From Micrococcales bacterium (lineage in GTDB: Bacteria > Actinomycetota > Actinomycetes > Actinomycetales > WQXJ01), in the NCBI GenBank assembly GCA_009784895.1, contig WQXJ01000003.1, positions 17,602-81,601 of the forward strand: a DNA stretch of 64,000 nucleotides. Direction: 5' to 3'. Positions 44,787 through 55,061 of the stretch are shown piece by piece; position 1 is the first letter of the stretch; every line of letters begins with the position of its first letter. The translations under genes and the position numbers were made by a program. The notes under the pieces are model-generated. The model had not been told where the DNA came from, did no database searches, and saw only the letters and a program-made list of their open reading frames with translations.

Positions 44787-47006
44787 ATGTCAGGCCCGTT
44801 TATTGTTTATACCCACACTGATGAGGCGCCGCTGCTGGCGACCTATTCGTTCCTCCCCATCATCCAGGCGTTTGCTGGCCAAGCCGGCACCCGCGTGGTG
44901 ACCCGCGACATTTCCTTAGCGGGGCGCATCCTCGCCCACTTCCCGGAGTACCTACCGGAGGACAAGCGCGTGCCTGACGCCTTGGCAGAACTTGGCGAAA
45001 TGACCCAGGCGGCTGACACAAACATCATCAAGCTCCCCAATATCTCCGCATCCGTGCCGCAACTCCTCGCCGCCATCTCAGAGCTGCAAAGCCAGGGGTT
45101 CGCTGTCCCTAACTACCCCGAGGCACCGGCATCGGCGGCAGAAGTATCCGTCCGGGAGCGATACGACCGGGTCAAAGGTTCGGCCGTGAACCCGGTTTTG
45201 CGGCGGGGGAATTCTGACCGTCGCCCGCCCGCGGCGGTCAAGGCCTACGCCAAGCGACATCCGCACCGGATGGGAGCGTGGTCGCCGGATTCGCGAACGC
45301 GGGTGGCGACGATGGACACGGGCGATTTCAGGCACAACGAGAAATCTGTCGTGATGGAGCGTGATGACAATTTGTCGATCCGCTTGCAGCCGGCGGCGGG
45401 CGGCGAGCCAGTCAGCCTAAAGGCCAGCCTGCCCGTTTTGGCCGGTGAGGTCATCGACGGCACCTTCATGTCGGTTGCGGCACTGAGGGCATTCCTAGCT
45501 GAGCAAATAGAGCAGGCCTCGACCGAAGGCAGCCTGTTTTCGGTCCACCTCAAATCAACCATGATGAAGGTGTCTGATCCAATCATCTTTGGGCATGTGG
45601 TTGAGGCTTATCTGCCGGAGGTGTTTACCACTTTCGCTGACACCTTTGCTGATGGAGGCATCTCAGCCAATGACGGCCTGGGCACCCTCTTGGCGAAGGC
45701 CCGCGACCTTGATCAAGGTGACGCCATTGTTGACGCGGTGGCGCGTGGCTTGGCCGCCCGGCCGCCATTGGCCATGGTCAACAGCGACAAAGGCATCACC
45801 AACTTGCATGTGCCCTCTGACGTGATTATCGACGCATCGATGGCTGCGATGATCCGTGGGGGCGGAAAAATGTGGGGCCCGGATGGCCTTGAAAACGACA
45901 CCCTCGCGGTCATCCCGGACTCGTCCTACGCCGCCGTCTACCAGGCGGTGATCGAAGACTGTATTGCTGGTGGTGCTTTCGACCCGGCGACGCTCGGTAC
46001 CGTCCAGAACGTCGGCCTGATGGCTCAAGCGGCTGAAGAATACGGCTCACACGACAAGACCTATTTGGCGCCGTGTGACGGCGTGGTCGAGGTTGTGGCT
46101 GCGGACGGGACGGTGCTGATCTCGCACAAGGTTGAGCGCGGCGATATTTGGCGCGCCTGCCAAACCAAGGCTGCGGTGATCAAAGACTGGGTCCACCTGG
46201 CCGTTGAGCGAGCCCGGATCTCTGGCATGCCGGCAGTGTTCTGGCTCGACCAGAACCGCCCTCACGACGCCATCCTCATCCCACTGGTCGAAGGACACCT
46301 GGCGACAGAAAACACCGACGGACTGGACCTCCGTGTCATGGCACCTGTGGCGGCCTGCGCCTATGCCTGCCAGCGGATGCGCTCTGGTCTGGACACCATT
46401 GCTGTGACCGGCAATGTGTTACGCGATTACCTGACTGACCTATTCCCCATCCTGGAGGTTGGTACTTCAGCCAAGATGCTGTCAATCGTGCCGTTGATGG
46501 CCGGGGGCGGGATGTTTGAGACTGGCGCCGGTGGGTCTGCACCCAAGCACGTGCAGCAACTGGTGGCGGAAAACTACCTGCGGTGGGATTCTCTTGGGGA
46601 GTTCTTTGCCTTGGCGGCGTCATTCGAGCATTTCGCCCGCGTTACCGGAAACCCGCGGGCGGCAGTCTTGGCCCAGACGCTCGACCAGGCGACAGGCAGA
46701 TTCCTTGAGGAGAACAAATCCCCTACTCGGAGTCTTGGCGGCATCGACAATCGCGGTTCGCACTTCTTTTTGGCGATGTATTGGGCCCAGGAACTGGCCG
46801 CCCAGACAGTCGACGAGGCACTGGCCGCCACCTTTGCGCCGGTAGCGGAGGCTCTCGTTTTGAACGAACCGACTATCATTGAGGACCTTATCGCCGTCCA
46901 AGGTTCACCTGCCGAGATAGGCGGCTATTACCGTCCAGATCCTGCCCAGGCCACGGCGGTAATGCGTCCGAGCGCGACCTTCAACCGCATTATCGACTCG
47001 ATTTAG
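44787..47006 (+). CDS. icd: Monomeric NADP-dependent isocitrate dehydrogenase
   Basis: Start at the ATG at 44787 ([26 protein letters not shown]...), about 739 aa, typical of the monomeric IDH family. The track ORF start at 44574 would read through the terminator hairpin. Confidence 0.92.
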   Translation: MSGPFIVYTHTDEAPLLATYSFLPIIQAFAGQAGTRVVTRDISLAGRILAHFPEYLPEDKRVPDALAELGEMTQAADTNIIKLPNISASVPQLLAAISELQSQGFAVPNYPEAPASAAEVSVRERYDRVKGSAVNPVLRRGNSDRRPPAAVKAYAKRHPHRMGAWSPDSRTRVATMDTGDFRHNEKSVVMERDDNLSIRLQPAAGGEPVSLKASLPVLAGEVIDGTFMSVAALRAFLAEQIEQASTEGSLFSVHLKSTMMKVSDPIIFGHVVEAYLPEVFTTFADTFADGGISANDGLGTLLAKARDLDQGDAIVDAVARGLAARPPLAMVNSDKGITNLHVPSDVIIDASMAAMIRGGGKMWGPDGLENDTLAVIPDSSYAAVYQAVIEDCIAGGAFDPATLGTVQNVGLMAQAAEEYGSHDKTYLAPCDGVVEVVAADGTVLISHKVERGDIWRACQTKAAVIKDWVHLAVERARISGMPAVFWLDQNRPHDAILIPLVEGHLATENTDGLDLRVMAPVAACAYACQRMRSGLDTIAVTGNVLRDYLTDLFPILEVGTSAKMLSIVPLMAGGGMFETGAGGSAPKHVQQLVAENYLRWDSLGEFFALAASFEHFARVTGNPRAAVLAQTLDQATGRFLEENKSPTRSLGGIDNRGSHFFLAMYWAQELAAQTVDEALAATFAPVAEALVLNEPTIIEDLIAVQGSPAEIGGYYRPDPAQATAVMRPSATFNRIIDSI

Positions 47007-47251
47007 TAGCTGCCGGCGTCATCGCGACCTGCCTGATCTGAACGATACGGCCGCCTGCGCTTGGCCGGCGCGCGGTTCGCTTGACCAGGTATCACAATGG
47101 ACGCCTGGTGGCCGATGGCGGCGGCCCGGGCCCTTTGCCAGCAGGGCCAATTACCACACCATTCAGCTGGTAGTCGAACTGGTCTTGAGCGCGAGGGCGG
47201 CGCGGGCCTAAAATGACAACCTGACGGCTTCCAGCCTGGAGCGAGGTTGAA

Positions 47252-47995
47252 TTGACACCAACAGATCACCGGTCAGTCCCTGACGGCACCACCGGCCGGG
47301 ACGCTCAGGGCGGGCGGCGTACTCACATTATCCAAATACTGCGCGACTCCCGTGAGCCCCTGTCCGTTCAGGAAGTCGCGGACAAGGTCTCCATCCACAT
47401 CAACACCGCCCGCTTCCACTTAGAGTCGCTGGTGGAGGCTGGTCTAGCTGATCGCCAGACCGAGGCCCGCTCAGTCCCCGGCCGGCCAAAGGTGGTCTAT
47501 TCGGGTACCCTGCCCAACCAAACTCACGAGCGGGCCATGGGCTACCGACTGTTGTCGGAGATGCTAACCACCGCCATCGCCAAGTCCTGGCCGGAGGCCG
47601 GAACCTGGCTCTACCAAGTGGGCCACGAGTGGGGGCGCTACCTGACCTCCCGGCCAGCGCCGTTTGAAGACATCAACGAGGCCGAAATCAGCGGCCGTCT
47701 GGTGGACAAACTGGACGCCTTGTGGTTTGCCCCAGAGGTGATGGACGAGCCGGGCGCGACTTCACTTCTGCTGCATAACTGCCCGTTCTACGACTCGGCC
47801 CGGCGCTTCCCGGACGTGGTCTGCCAACTGCACGCCGGCATGGTCAACGGCTCGCTGGAAGAAATGGGCTCTGGCCAGCGCCTGAATGAATTGACGCCAC
47901 AGACTGAGCACCACCGCTGCATCGGCACACTCGGACCGACGCCGGCCGGCCCGGAAACTTCGGTGACCCTGCACACTCAAACAGAGCCCGATTGA
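47252..47995 (+). CDS. Winged-helix (ArsR-like) transcriptional regulator with a Cys-containing C-terminal domain
   Basis: 247 aa. ILRDSREPLSVQEVADKVSIHINTARFHLESLVEAGL, with C-terminal NCPFYDSARRFPDVVCQLH. Located upstream of narK. Confidence 0.62.
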   Translation: MTPTDHRSVPDGTTGRDAQGGRRTHIIQILRDSREPLSVQEVADKVSIHINTARFHLESLVEAGLADRQTEARSVPGRPKVVYSGTLPNQTHERAMGYRLLSEMLTTAIAKSWPEAGTWLYQVGHEWGRYLTSRPAPFEDINEAEISGRLVDKLDALWFAPEVMDEPGATSLLLHNCPFYDSARRFPDVVCQLHAGMVNGSLEEMGSGQRLNELTPQTEHHRCIGTLGPTPAGPETSVTLHTQTEPD

Positions 47996-48141
47996 TTGCC
48001 GGCCCGTTTTTCATGAGACTCGTCCAAAGCCCCTCCAATTGGGTTTTGCTCCAGGTGGCCACTGGTCCAGCGCGGCCCTTGGCTACGTCCAAGACAGGGC
48101 GCAACCTGGATAACTGCGCCGCCAGAGAATAGGACCCACTG

Positions 48142-49608
48142 TTGGGCGCCCCCACCCCACCGCCCGCCCGTAGCGCCGGTCAGATTACCCATCTCAAGGG
48201 CCGCTGGATTGACGGTTGGGACCCCGAAGCTGGAGACCAATGGGAGGGTGGCGGCCAGCGAATTGCCCAGCGCAACCTAGGGTTTTCGATCTATGCCGAA
48301 TTCCTGGGGTTTGTTGTTTGGCAGTTGTGGAGCATCGTGGTGGTCTCTCTGGACGGCTGGAAGGGGTTTGCCTTTACTGACTCTCAGCAGTTTTGGCTGA
48401 TCTCCCTGCCGGCCCTTGTAGGCGCCACCTTGCGCTTCCCCTACACGCTGATGGTGTCAAAGGTCGGTGGGCGCAACTGGACCATTGTTTCGGCAGCCCT
48501 GCTGTTGTTGCCCACTACCGCCATGAGCTTCGCTATCGCCAACCACCCCGATGCCAACGGGCAGGGAGGCACATCCTACTCAGTGATGCTGCTGGTGGCG
48601 GCGCTGGCCGGCTTTGGTGGCGGCAACTTCGCCAGCTCCATGGCCAATATCACCTTCTTCTTCCCGCAACGCACCAAGGGCTGGGCCCTTGGGCTAAACG
48701 CCGCCGGGGGCAATATTGGTGCTGCTGTGGCGCAGTTCACCGTGCCGATTCTGGTGACGCTGACAGCTGCAGCAGTAACCGGGGGCGGCCCCAAGGTGCC
48801 CAACCTGCCCATCGCCGGCTGGTTTTGGATCCCGTTCATTGTCCTGGCAATGGTGTTGGCCTACTTTGGCATGAACAACTTGACAAGCGCCAAGGCCGAT
48901 ATGGCCGGCTACCGCGCCGCCTTGAAAGACCCACACCTGTGGCTGCTCAGTTTCCTCTACATTGGCACCTTCGGCTCTTTTATTGGCCTGGCCGGCGCCT
49001 TCCCGAAGCTAATTGCTGACCAATTCCCGGCCTTCAAGCTAATCAACCTTGGCGTGGTTGGTATTGGTCTGGCCTTCACCGGCCCGTTGGTAGGGTCTCT
49101 GGCCCGGCCGTTTGGTGGCAAGTTGGCTGACAAGGTGGGCGGCGCCTACATCACGGTGGCCTGTTTCACTGTGATGATTGCTGCCGCCTTTGCTGCGATC
49201 AGGGTGTTGGCTGGCCACAGCCCGTCCTTCTGGGCTTTCCTAGCTTGTTTCTTGGTGCTGTTCATTGCCACCGGTGTGGGTAACGGTTCAATGTACAAAA
49301 TGATCCCGACCATCTTCGCCTACCGCGGCGGCCAACAAGACGCCGCCAAGGCATCGGCCGGAATAGCCACCGAGCGGAAAACCTCCAGTGCCTTGGGGAT
49401 CATCTCGGCTTTTGGCGCCTACGGCGGGTTTTTGATGCCGCAGATGTTTTCCCTGGCCCTCAGGCAGCGCGCCGATGTGGGCCCCGACCACGTGGTTCAG
49501 GGCTACACCTTGGGGCTGTGGTGGCTGATTGTGGCCTACACCGTCTTCCTAGTGTGCACCGTGGCCTTCTATGTGGTGCCGTTCTTGGGGCGCAACACCC
49601 GGCTGTGA
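48142..49608 (+). CDS. narK: MFS nitrate/nitrite transporter (NarK/NasA type)
   Basis: 488 aa, 12 predicted TM helices. N-terminal W..G..IAQRNLGFSIYAEFLGFVVWQLWS, GFGGGNFASSMANI, and GLNAAGGNIG signature-like motifs. Confidence 0.82.
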   Translation: MGAPTPPPARSAGQITHLKGRWIDGWDPEAGDQWEGGGQRIAQRNLGFSIYAEFLGFVVWQLWSIVVVSLDGWKGFAFTDSQQFWLISLPALVGATLRFPYTLMVSKVGGRNWTIVSAALLLLPTTAMSFAIANHPDANGQGGTSYSVMLLVAALAGFGGGNFASSMANITFFFPQRTKGWALGLNAAGGNIGAAVAQFTVPILVTLTAAAVTGGGPKVPNLPIAGWFWIPFIVLAMVLAYFGMNNLTSAKADMAGYRAALKDPHLWLLSFLYIGTFGSFIGLAGAFPKLIADQFPAFKLINLGVVGIGLAFTGPLVGSLARPFGGKLADKVGGAYITVACFTVMIAAAFAAIRVLAGHSPSFWAFLACFLVLFIATGVGNGSMYKMIPTIFAYRGGQQDAAKASAGIATERKTSSALGIISAFGAYGGFLMPQMFSLALRQRADVGPDHVVQGYTLGLWWLIVAYTVFLVCTVAFYVVPFLGRNTRL

Positions 49609-49652
49609 CAAGGGCCCGGGCGGAGCTGGGAGTGGATTAGTAATTTGTTCCC

Positions 49653-49892
49653 ATGGAGATGACTGTTGACGCGGCAGGACGAATCATGATCCCAAAGTCG
49701 CTACGGACTGCTCTGAGTCTGGCGCCGGGGACGCGGGTCGACGTCTCCATTTACGGGTCTGGCCTTCAAATCACGCCCGGAGGGCGGTCTGCTCGTTTGG
49801 CTCGGGATCACGACGGGCGCCTGGTGGCCGATGGCGGAGGCTCGCTTGACGATGCAGCGCTGTTCGCTCTGATTGACGCGGGCCGCCGTTGA
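49653..49892 (+). CDS. AbrB/MazE/SpoVT-type antitoxin-like DNA-binding protein (no adjacent cognate toxin)
   Basis: 79 aa. VDAAGRIMIPKSLRTALSLAPGTRVDVSIYGSGLQITP is a swapped-hairpin barrel motif. Confidence 0.68.
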   Translation: MEMTVDAAGRIMIPKSLRTALSLAPGTRVDVSIYGSGLQITPGGRSARLARDHDGRLVADGGGSLDDAALFALIDAGRR

Positions 49893-49924
49893 GCTCCTGG
49901 CAGCTGGCAGTCCCTGTACCAGAA

Positions 49925-50350
49925 TCAGCGCAGGACGTACAGATACCGGCGGTCTTTGGGGCGCAGCGCCGCTTCGATCTTGCCGTCCAGCGTGACGAGG
50001 CGGGCGCCGTGTGAAACGGCGAGGGCCAGCAGGTGGAGGTCGGTGACCTGACCGTGGCCTGAAAGGGCGTAGGAGAAAACAGTGTCGGCGACGTTGCGCG
50101 TGTCGTCCGGCCAGAATGCCACTCCGGGTGTCGAAAGCAACGCCGATACGGCCTGCCGGGCCAAGACCGGATCTGGCCGCGCGCTGACGGTCGGGTTGAG
50201 CAGCATTCGCAGCAGGCCAGCCTGCGTCATCGGAGTCGTCGCGATGACACCCGCCTGGTCGAACCAGGCCCGCGCGATGCCACGGTGAGGGTGGCCGGTG
50301 AGGTGGAGCGCTGCCAGAACGTTAACATCAGGTAGGTCAGTCGTCTTCAA
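49925..50350 (-). CDS. PIN-domain VapC-family toxin
   Basis: 141 aa. LPDVNVLAALHLTGHPHRGIARAWF...QVTDLHLLALAVSHGARLVTLDGKI. Confidence 0.8.
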   Translation of the reverse strand: MKTTDLPDVNVLAALHLTGHPHRGIARAWFDQAGVIATTPMTQAGLLRMLLNPTVSARPDPVLARQAVSALLSTPGVAFWPDDTRNVADTVFSYALSGHGQVTDLHLLALAVSHGARLVTLDGKIEAALRPKDRRYLYVLR

Positions 50351-50561
50351 GTGCCGCCTCGATAATCTCGTCCGTCAACTCTCCGGGCGATTCGAAACTG
50401 ATGAGAAAGCTGCTTCGCGGGCGAGCCGCCACGGCCTCGCCTGCCAAGGCGACCAAGGTCGCGCTGGCAGGGCGCCCTGGCCATCTGGCTTGACCAGCGG
50501 CAATGATCTGGTCAACCTCGGGCGTCCGGGTGACCAGCACACGAGGGTGTTTGGTCGGCAT
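50337..50561 (-). CDS. Putative cognate antitoxin of the PIN toxin
   Basis: 74 aa. 14-nt overlap with the downstream PIN gene, acidic C-terminus. No domain recognised by eye. Confidence 0.55.
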   Translation of the reverse strand: MPTKHPRVLVTRTPEVDQIIAAGQARWPGRPASATLVALAGEAVAARPRSSFLISFESPGELTDEIIEAALEDD

Positions 50562-50904
50562 GCCGCCAGTGTATCACCACGGTATCGACAAGTGATTCAC
50601 CGCGACTGACTCCCCGGCAGGCGGCTAGGGCACCCATAGTCGTCCCGCCAGCGCGGACAAGTCAATTCATAGGGTTTCTTGCGACGCATGATGCGCGCAC
50701 AGTACGAGCTTGTTGGAACCGAAAACACCGGCGGACAATGGCTCGACCGTTGGGAAGTGCGGCTTGATGGGCCTGATGAAGGTATGGCGGCGATGTGTAT
50801 GGACTGCCGGCGTCTGGACGCACCGTTGTGCTCCACTCCGCCCCAAGATCCCTAACTAGCTTGGCGCCAATAACTGGCTGGCAAGATAGCCTCGTGGGTC
50901 GAGG

Positions 50905-51525
50905 ATGACACCCGCAGACGCGATAACAGATCCCATCGAGATCCAGGACGCGGTGGCAGGGTGGCAGCGGGATCTGCTGCACGCGCTCGCGGCCGATGAC
51001 GACGCCTGGCCAGAGACGCCTGACTTGCCGTACTGGACTGACAAGCCTGATTGGGATGGCTACGGTGGACTGGTACTGCTTGCGGCCTATGACGAACAAC
51101 CCGAGTCGAAACCCGGTGCTCGCAAGCGCTTCGGCTTTCGGAGTACGCCACCGGACCTGCCGCGTGCTTGGGAAGACTCGGCTGCTTTCCAAGAGGCGGC
51201 CAAGGCGCCCGTCCGTTATCCCACGCTGTTGTCAGGCGTCGAGTGGTGGCTGCCAATTTCAAGTGGGCCCAGCGTGTTCGAGGCTCCTCGATTGACTGGT
51301 CAACCAACCCGGATGAGCCAGGTTGACCTTCTTGTCGGTGAACTCCAAATGCTCGCGAGCCGGCTCGGCGTCAGCGATGAGACCGAGCTTGACCGCCTGC
51401 GGCAAGCGGGGCCGCCATCGAACGAGGCTGATGCCGGCACCGCCGGGCGCTTTGGCCTGGCCGTCTTTATGAAATTGGCGCTGACCGCCCAGCAAAACCG
51501 CTTGCCGTTACTACTCGACTACTAG
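50905..51525 (+). CDS. Hypothetical protein
   Basis: 206-aa ORF with plausible amino-acid composition (acidic, Trp-containing), preceded by in-frame stops. No family recognised. Overlapping minus-strand ORFs look like artefacts. Confidence 0.4.
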   Translation: MTPADAITDPIEIQDAVAGWQRDLLHALAADDDAWPETPDLPYWTDKPDWDGYGGLVLLAAYDEQPESKPGARKRFGFRSTPPDLPRAWEDSAAFQEAAKAPVRYPTLLSGVEWWLPISSGPSVFEAPRLTGQPTRMSQVDLLVGELQMLASRLGVSDETELDRLRQAGPPSNEADAGTAGRFGLAVFMKLALTAQQNRLPLLLDY

Positions 51526-51786
51526 CCCCGCCGGGCTCGTCGCTGTGGCGCTTGCCAATGCCTTGGGCCATTGGCCGCAGGTCAGAACTGTTCGAGTAAG
51601 CCCGGCAGAGGTCCACACTAAGCCGCTTGCTCGAAACTCGCCTATCTTGCGCCGGGAGCCAGGTGCAGGCTCCTCCTTCGGTCCCTGGTTCCAGTAGGTG
51701 ATGGTTGGACTCCGGTAGTTCATGTCCGACGCGAAATATCGGACTGTTGATGGCGTATACTGCTGATCCAGTAGTTCACGACAGGC

Positions 51787-52611
51787 ATGATCATCTGGAG
51801 CGATAATATGGCGAGTGGTGCGGGCATCAGCGGAGCGGGCCGAGCCCAACTGACTGCTATTCTCGCAAGCGGACGCCGGTTTGTTACACCTGATCAGGCA
51901 GCTCATGTCCTTGGCGTCGATGCTTGTGTCGCCGCAAAGAGGTTGGCGCGCTGGGCAGATAACGGGTGGCTCCGGCGTGTGCAGCGCGGGCTCTACTTGG
52001 CCGTCCCAGCCGATGCAGCAGACCCGGCCGCCTGGACTGAGAACCCGCTGATCGTCGCGGCGCAAGTCTGGCCTGGCTACTTCACCGGCTGGACGGCTGC
52101 GTCGTACTGGTCGCTGACAGACCAGTCGTCTCGTGTCACGGTGCTGAAGACGACCACACGGGTACGGGCCGCGGCGGTGCGCCTGCTCGACAACGATTAC
52201 CTGATATCCACGGCTGGCGACATGAGCTGGGGGCTCAAGACTCAGTGGTTCGACGAGTACCGCCTTCGATTCGCGGATCCCGCACGTGCCGTCGTCGAAA
52301 TCCTGGATTCCCCCCGCATTGCCGGAGGCATTCGTCATGGCGCAGATATCCTCGCCACCTACCTGACAGACCATGAAGCAGAGACCTTGTTGATCTATTC
52401 GGAACGCCTTGGCAATCGCAGCGTGTTCAAACGCCTCGGATTCTTGGTCGAGACACTGGGTTTGGCACTGCCCGATCTGGTCGAAACTTGCCTCCGACAT
52501 CTGTCAAAAGGCTTGTCGAAGCTTGATCCCGATGGGCCGGCCGGCGGTAGCACGAGCACTCGGTGGCGATTACGCGTGAACGTGCGCATCAGCCCCGAGG
52601 GGCCTTCATGA
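51787..52611 (+). CDS. AbiEi-family type IV antitoxin (N-terminal wHTH)
   Basis: 274 aa. RFVTPDQAAHVLGVDACVAAKRLARWADNGWLRRVQRGLYLAVP resembles AbiEi_4. ATGA overlap with the AbiEii gene. An alternative start exists at 51808. Confidence 0.75.
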   Translation: MIIWSDNMASGAGISGAGRAQLTAILASGRRFVTPDQAAHVLGVDACVAAKRLARWADNGWLRRVQRGLYLAVPADAADPAAWTENPLIVAAQVWPGYFTGWTAASYWSLTDQSSRVTVLKTTTRVRAAAVRLLDNDYLISTAGDMSWGLKTQWFDEYRLRFADPARAVVEILDSPRIAGGIRHGADILATYLTDHEAETLLIYSERLGNRSVFKRLGFLVETLGLALPDLVETCLRHLSKGLSKLDPDGPAGGSTSTRWRLRVNVRISPEGPS

Positions 52612-53789
52612 TCACACGCCGAGAACTCGACCAGTTGCGCGGCGAGTGGTCTCTCGCGGTCGATGTCCTTGAGAAAGACTACGCGCTAGGTTGGACGCTC
52701 GCCGGCATCGCGCAGCACCCGGATCTTGCGTCGATGTGGGTGTTCAAGGGCGGCACCTGTCTCCGCAAGTGCTTTTATGAGACCTACCGGTTTTCTGAGG
52801 ATCTGGATTTCACTGTCGTCGCTAATGGGCCGGAGGAACCGGCTGAGCTTCAGAGCATCTTTGCCGAGGTCGCCGATTGGGTTTACGACGAGTCCGGCAT
52901 TGAGCTGGTGGTCGATGACAGCACGTTCCGGCATGGGGAGAACCGGCGGGGAAAGCGGACAACCCAAGGACGCCTCGCCTACCGAGGACCCAACGCAAGC
53001 CGAAGGACACCGCCGAAGGTGAAACTGGACTTGACCTCGGACGAGGCCGTGGTGCTGGAGCCGGTGACTCGCCGAATCGTTCACCATTACAGCGATGGGC
53101 CGCTACCGGTCCGTGGTGTGCTTGCCTACCCGATCACTGAACTCTTTGCCGAGAAGCTGCGGGCTCTTTCCGAGCGCTGTCGTCCGCGGGACCTCTACGA
53201 TGTGATCTATCTGCATCGGCACCCTGACCTGTATGGAAAAGCCACCGAGGTCGAAGAGGTTCTGCGAGAGAAATGTGCTTTCGTCGGCATCGCGGTTCCA
53301 ACGCTCGAATCACTGCTGACCACGCCATACAGAGTCGAGATTGAGGGCGAGTGGGAGAGCATGCTCGGACACCAATTGCCCAAACCGCTGCCCCCGTTTT
53401 TGAGCCACTGGAACGCTCTCGGAGACGTGTTCGACTGGCTTGCCGGCCTGCGGCAGACGGTCGAGTTGCCGCGCGCTGAACAAGAGGGACTGGACCCTGA
53501 AGGGTTGTCTCCTGTCGCGATCCGGACCTGGGAGCGCGGATTTCCTCTGCAGCTTTTGCAGTATTCCGCAGCTAACCGGCTCTGTGTCGAGGTCAACTAT
53601 CACGCGAAGGACGGCAAGGTCGGTCCGAAAATCGTTGAGCCGTATTCGTTGCGTCGAACCCGTGAAGGCAACTATTTGCTCTTCGTTGTCAACGACCAGG
53701 GCCTTCTACGCAGCTTTCGCGTTGATCGGATCGCCGGCATGCGACCCACGACGCAGACATTTGATCCAAAGTATCGAGTCGAACTCTAA
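52608..53789 (+). CDS. AbiEii/AbiGii nucleotidyltransferase toxin fused to a C-terminal WYL-like domain
   Basis: 393 aa from the ATG at 52608. LEKDYALGW, FKGGTCLRKCFYETYRFSEDLDF (NTase motif). C-terminal VEVNYHAKDGKVGPKIVEPYSLRRTREGNYLLFVVNDQGLLRSFRVDRIAGM matches the WYL-domain pattern. Confidence 0.78.
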   Translation: MITRRELDQLRGEWSLAVDVLEKDYALGWTLAGIAQHPDLASMWVFKGGTCLRKCFYETYRFSEDLDFTVVANGPEEPAELQSIFAEVADWVYDESGIELVVDDSTFRHGENRRGKRTTQGRLAYRGPNASRRTPPKVKLDLTSDEAVVLEPVTRRIVHHYSDGPLPVRGVLAYPITELFAEKLRALSERCRPRDLYDVIYLHRHPDLYGKATEVEEVLREKCAFVGIAVPTLESLLTTPYRVEIEGEWESMLGHQLPKPLPPFLSHWNALGDVFDWLAGLRQTVELPRAEQEGLDPEGLSPVAIRTWERGFPLQLLQYSAANRLCVEVNYHAKDGKVGPKIVEPYSLRRTREGNYLLFVVNDQGLLRSFRVDRIAGMRPTTQTFDPKYRVEL

Positions 53790-53946
53790 CGATGATGCTC
53801 GATTCAAATCGTCGACTGAGGCTTTGATCTGGGCCGCGCAGAACCGCTATTCCTGCATGCGGGAAAGGGTGCGCCCGGGTCTAGGCACATGTGGAAGTCC
53901 AAGGTGCAGGAGCCAACGAAAGGTGGGCACGGATGCGGATTTGGTT

Positions 53947-54660
53947 TCAGTCTTGCAGTTCGTCGTATACCGCCAGATCGCATGACATCGCGTCGGTTCT
54001 CCCGTCACCAGGAAAGACCCCGCCGGCAGCCAGCGTGACGTGGCGGCACGAGCCAACCTTGGCAAAAACCAGGACAACGGTTTCAGCACCACAAGCATCT
54101 TTGCCAATCTCGCTACCGGTTGTCCCATCGCATGGTTCTGCGAAAAGCTCTGCCACGTGGAGTTCTCCTCCATCAACATCTAAATACCAGGAGTCTCCAT
54201 CTTCCATCACAAGGAGGCCATTTATCAGGTTTTGTGCCGCATCGGTCACGCCAATTCTGGTTTGTCTGGACCAGGTGTTGTCGGGGTCATAGACGCACTC
54301 AGCCGGGATCCAGCCATCCTCCATGCTCCAGACGCCGTTGTCGTCACCACAGCCAGAGGAGCTTAGGCGCACCTTACCGGTGTAGTACCGCCAGGGTGTC
54401 ATAGTGTCAGCCTGGCCATCTGGCCAGCTGTTCTGCTCGCCTCCCTTTTTGGAAGATGGATTATCAGCCTGATCTGTGGCATTGGCCGAGTCAGATTCCG
54501 TAACGCCATCGCCCTTCAAAATTCCGGCTTGGTCGTTTTGGTTGGCGCAGGCGCCAAATAAGCTGGACAACAAGAGGAACACCGCAACCAAGCCCATCGA
54601 GGCTGGTGGCCAAGGCAGACGCCGGCGGGTCTTTTTCAGTCCAGAACTCGCGGAAGTCAT
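53947..54660 (-). CDS. Lipoprotein of unknown function, Cys-rich
   Basis: Start set at the ATG at 54660 (MTSASSGLKKTRRRLPWPPASMGLVAVFLLLSSLFGACANQ, lipobox LFGAC). Lower-GC region. Confidence 0.55.
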   Translation of the reverse strand: MTSASSGLKKTRRRLPWPPASMGLVAVFLLLSSLFGACANQNDQAGILKGDGVTESDSANATDQADNPSSKKGGEQNSWPDGQADTMTPWRYYTGKVRLSSSGCGDDNGVWSMEDGWIPAECVYDPDNTWSRQTRIGVTDAAQNLINGLLVMEDGDSWYLDVDGGELHVAELFAEPCDGTTGSEIGKDACGAETVVLVFAKVGSCRHVTLAAGGVFPGDGRTDAMSCDLAVYDELQD

Positions 54661-55061
54661 GTGAAGAGCTGGCATTCGAATTCCCTCCAATGGAGGAATG
54701 GTACTCCCGGTCTGCAGCAATGACGAACGCGAACTACTGTCGGTTGTGGCTGCTCACCTATCCACCTTCGTGGGGAGAGACACAGACAAGTCCGTTGATA
54801 TGGCAGTTGCCAAGCAGTGGTTTCTGTTGCCTACCACCGAGACGGCTTTTCTTGACGCTCCGCCAAAAATCGGGGACACGGCCAGCGAAGCCAAACGGCG
54901 CCATTGTCTATGGCCATTTGTTAGGGCCCCGGATATTGGAGACTGGGCCGAAGCCATGGTTGCGCTCACTGAGCGCCAAGCCTTTCCACGCCCTGCGGCG
55001 CCGCAGAAACAAGTCCGAATACGCCGATATCATCCTTGGGCGCGTCGACTTTATGGAAGAG

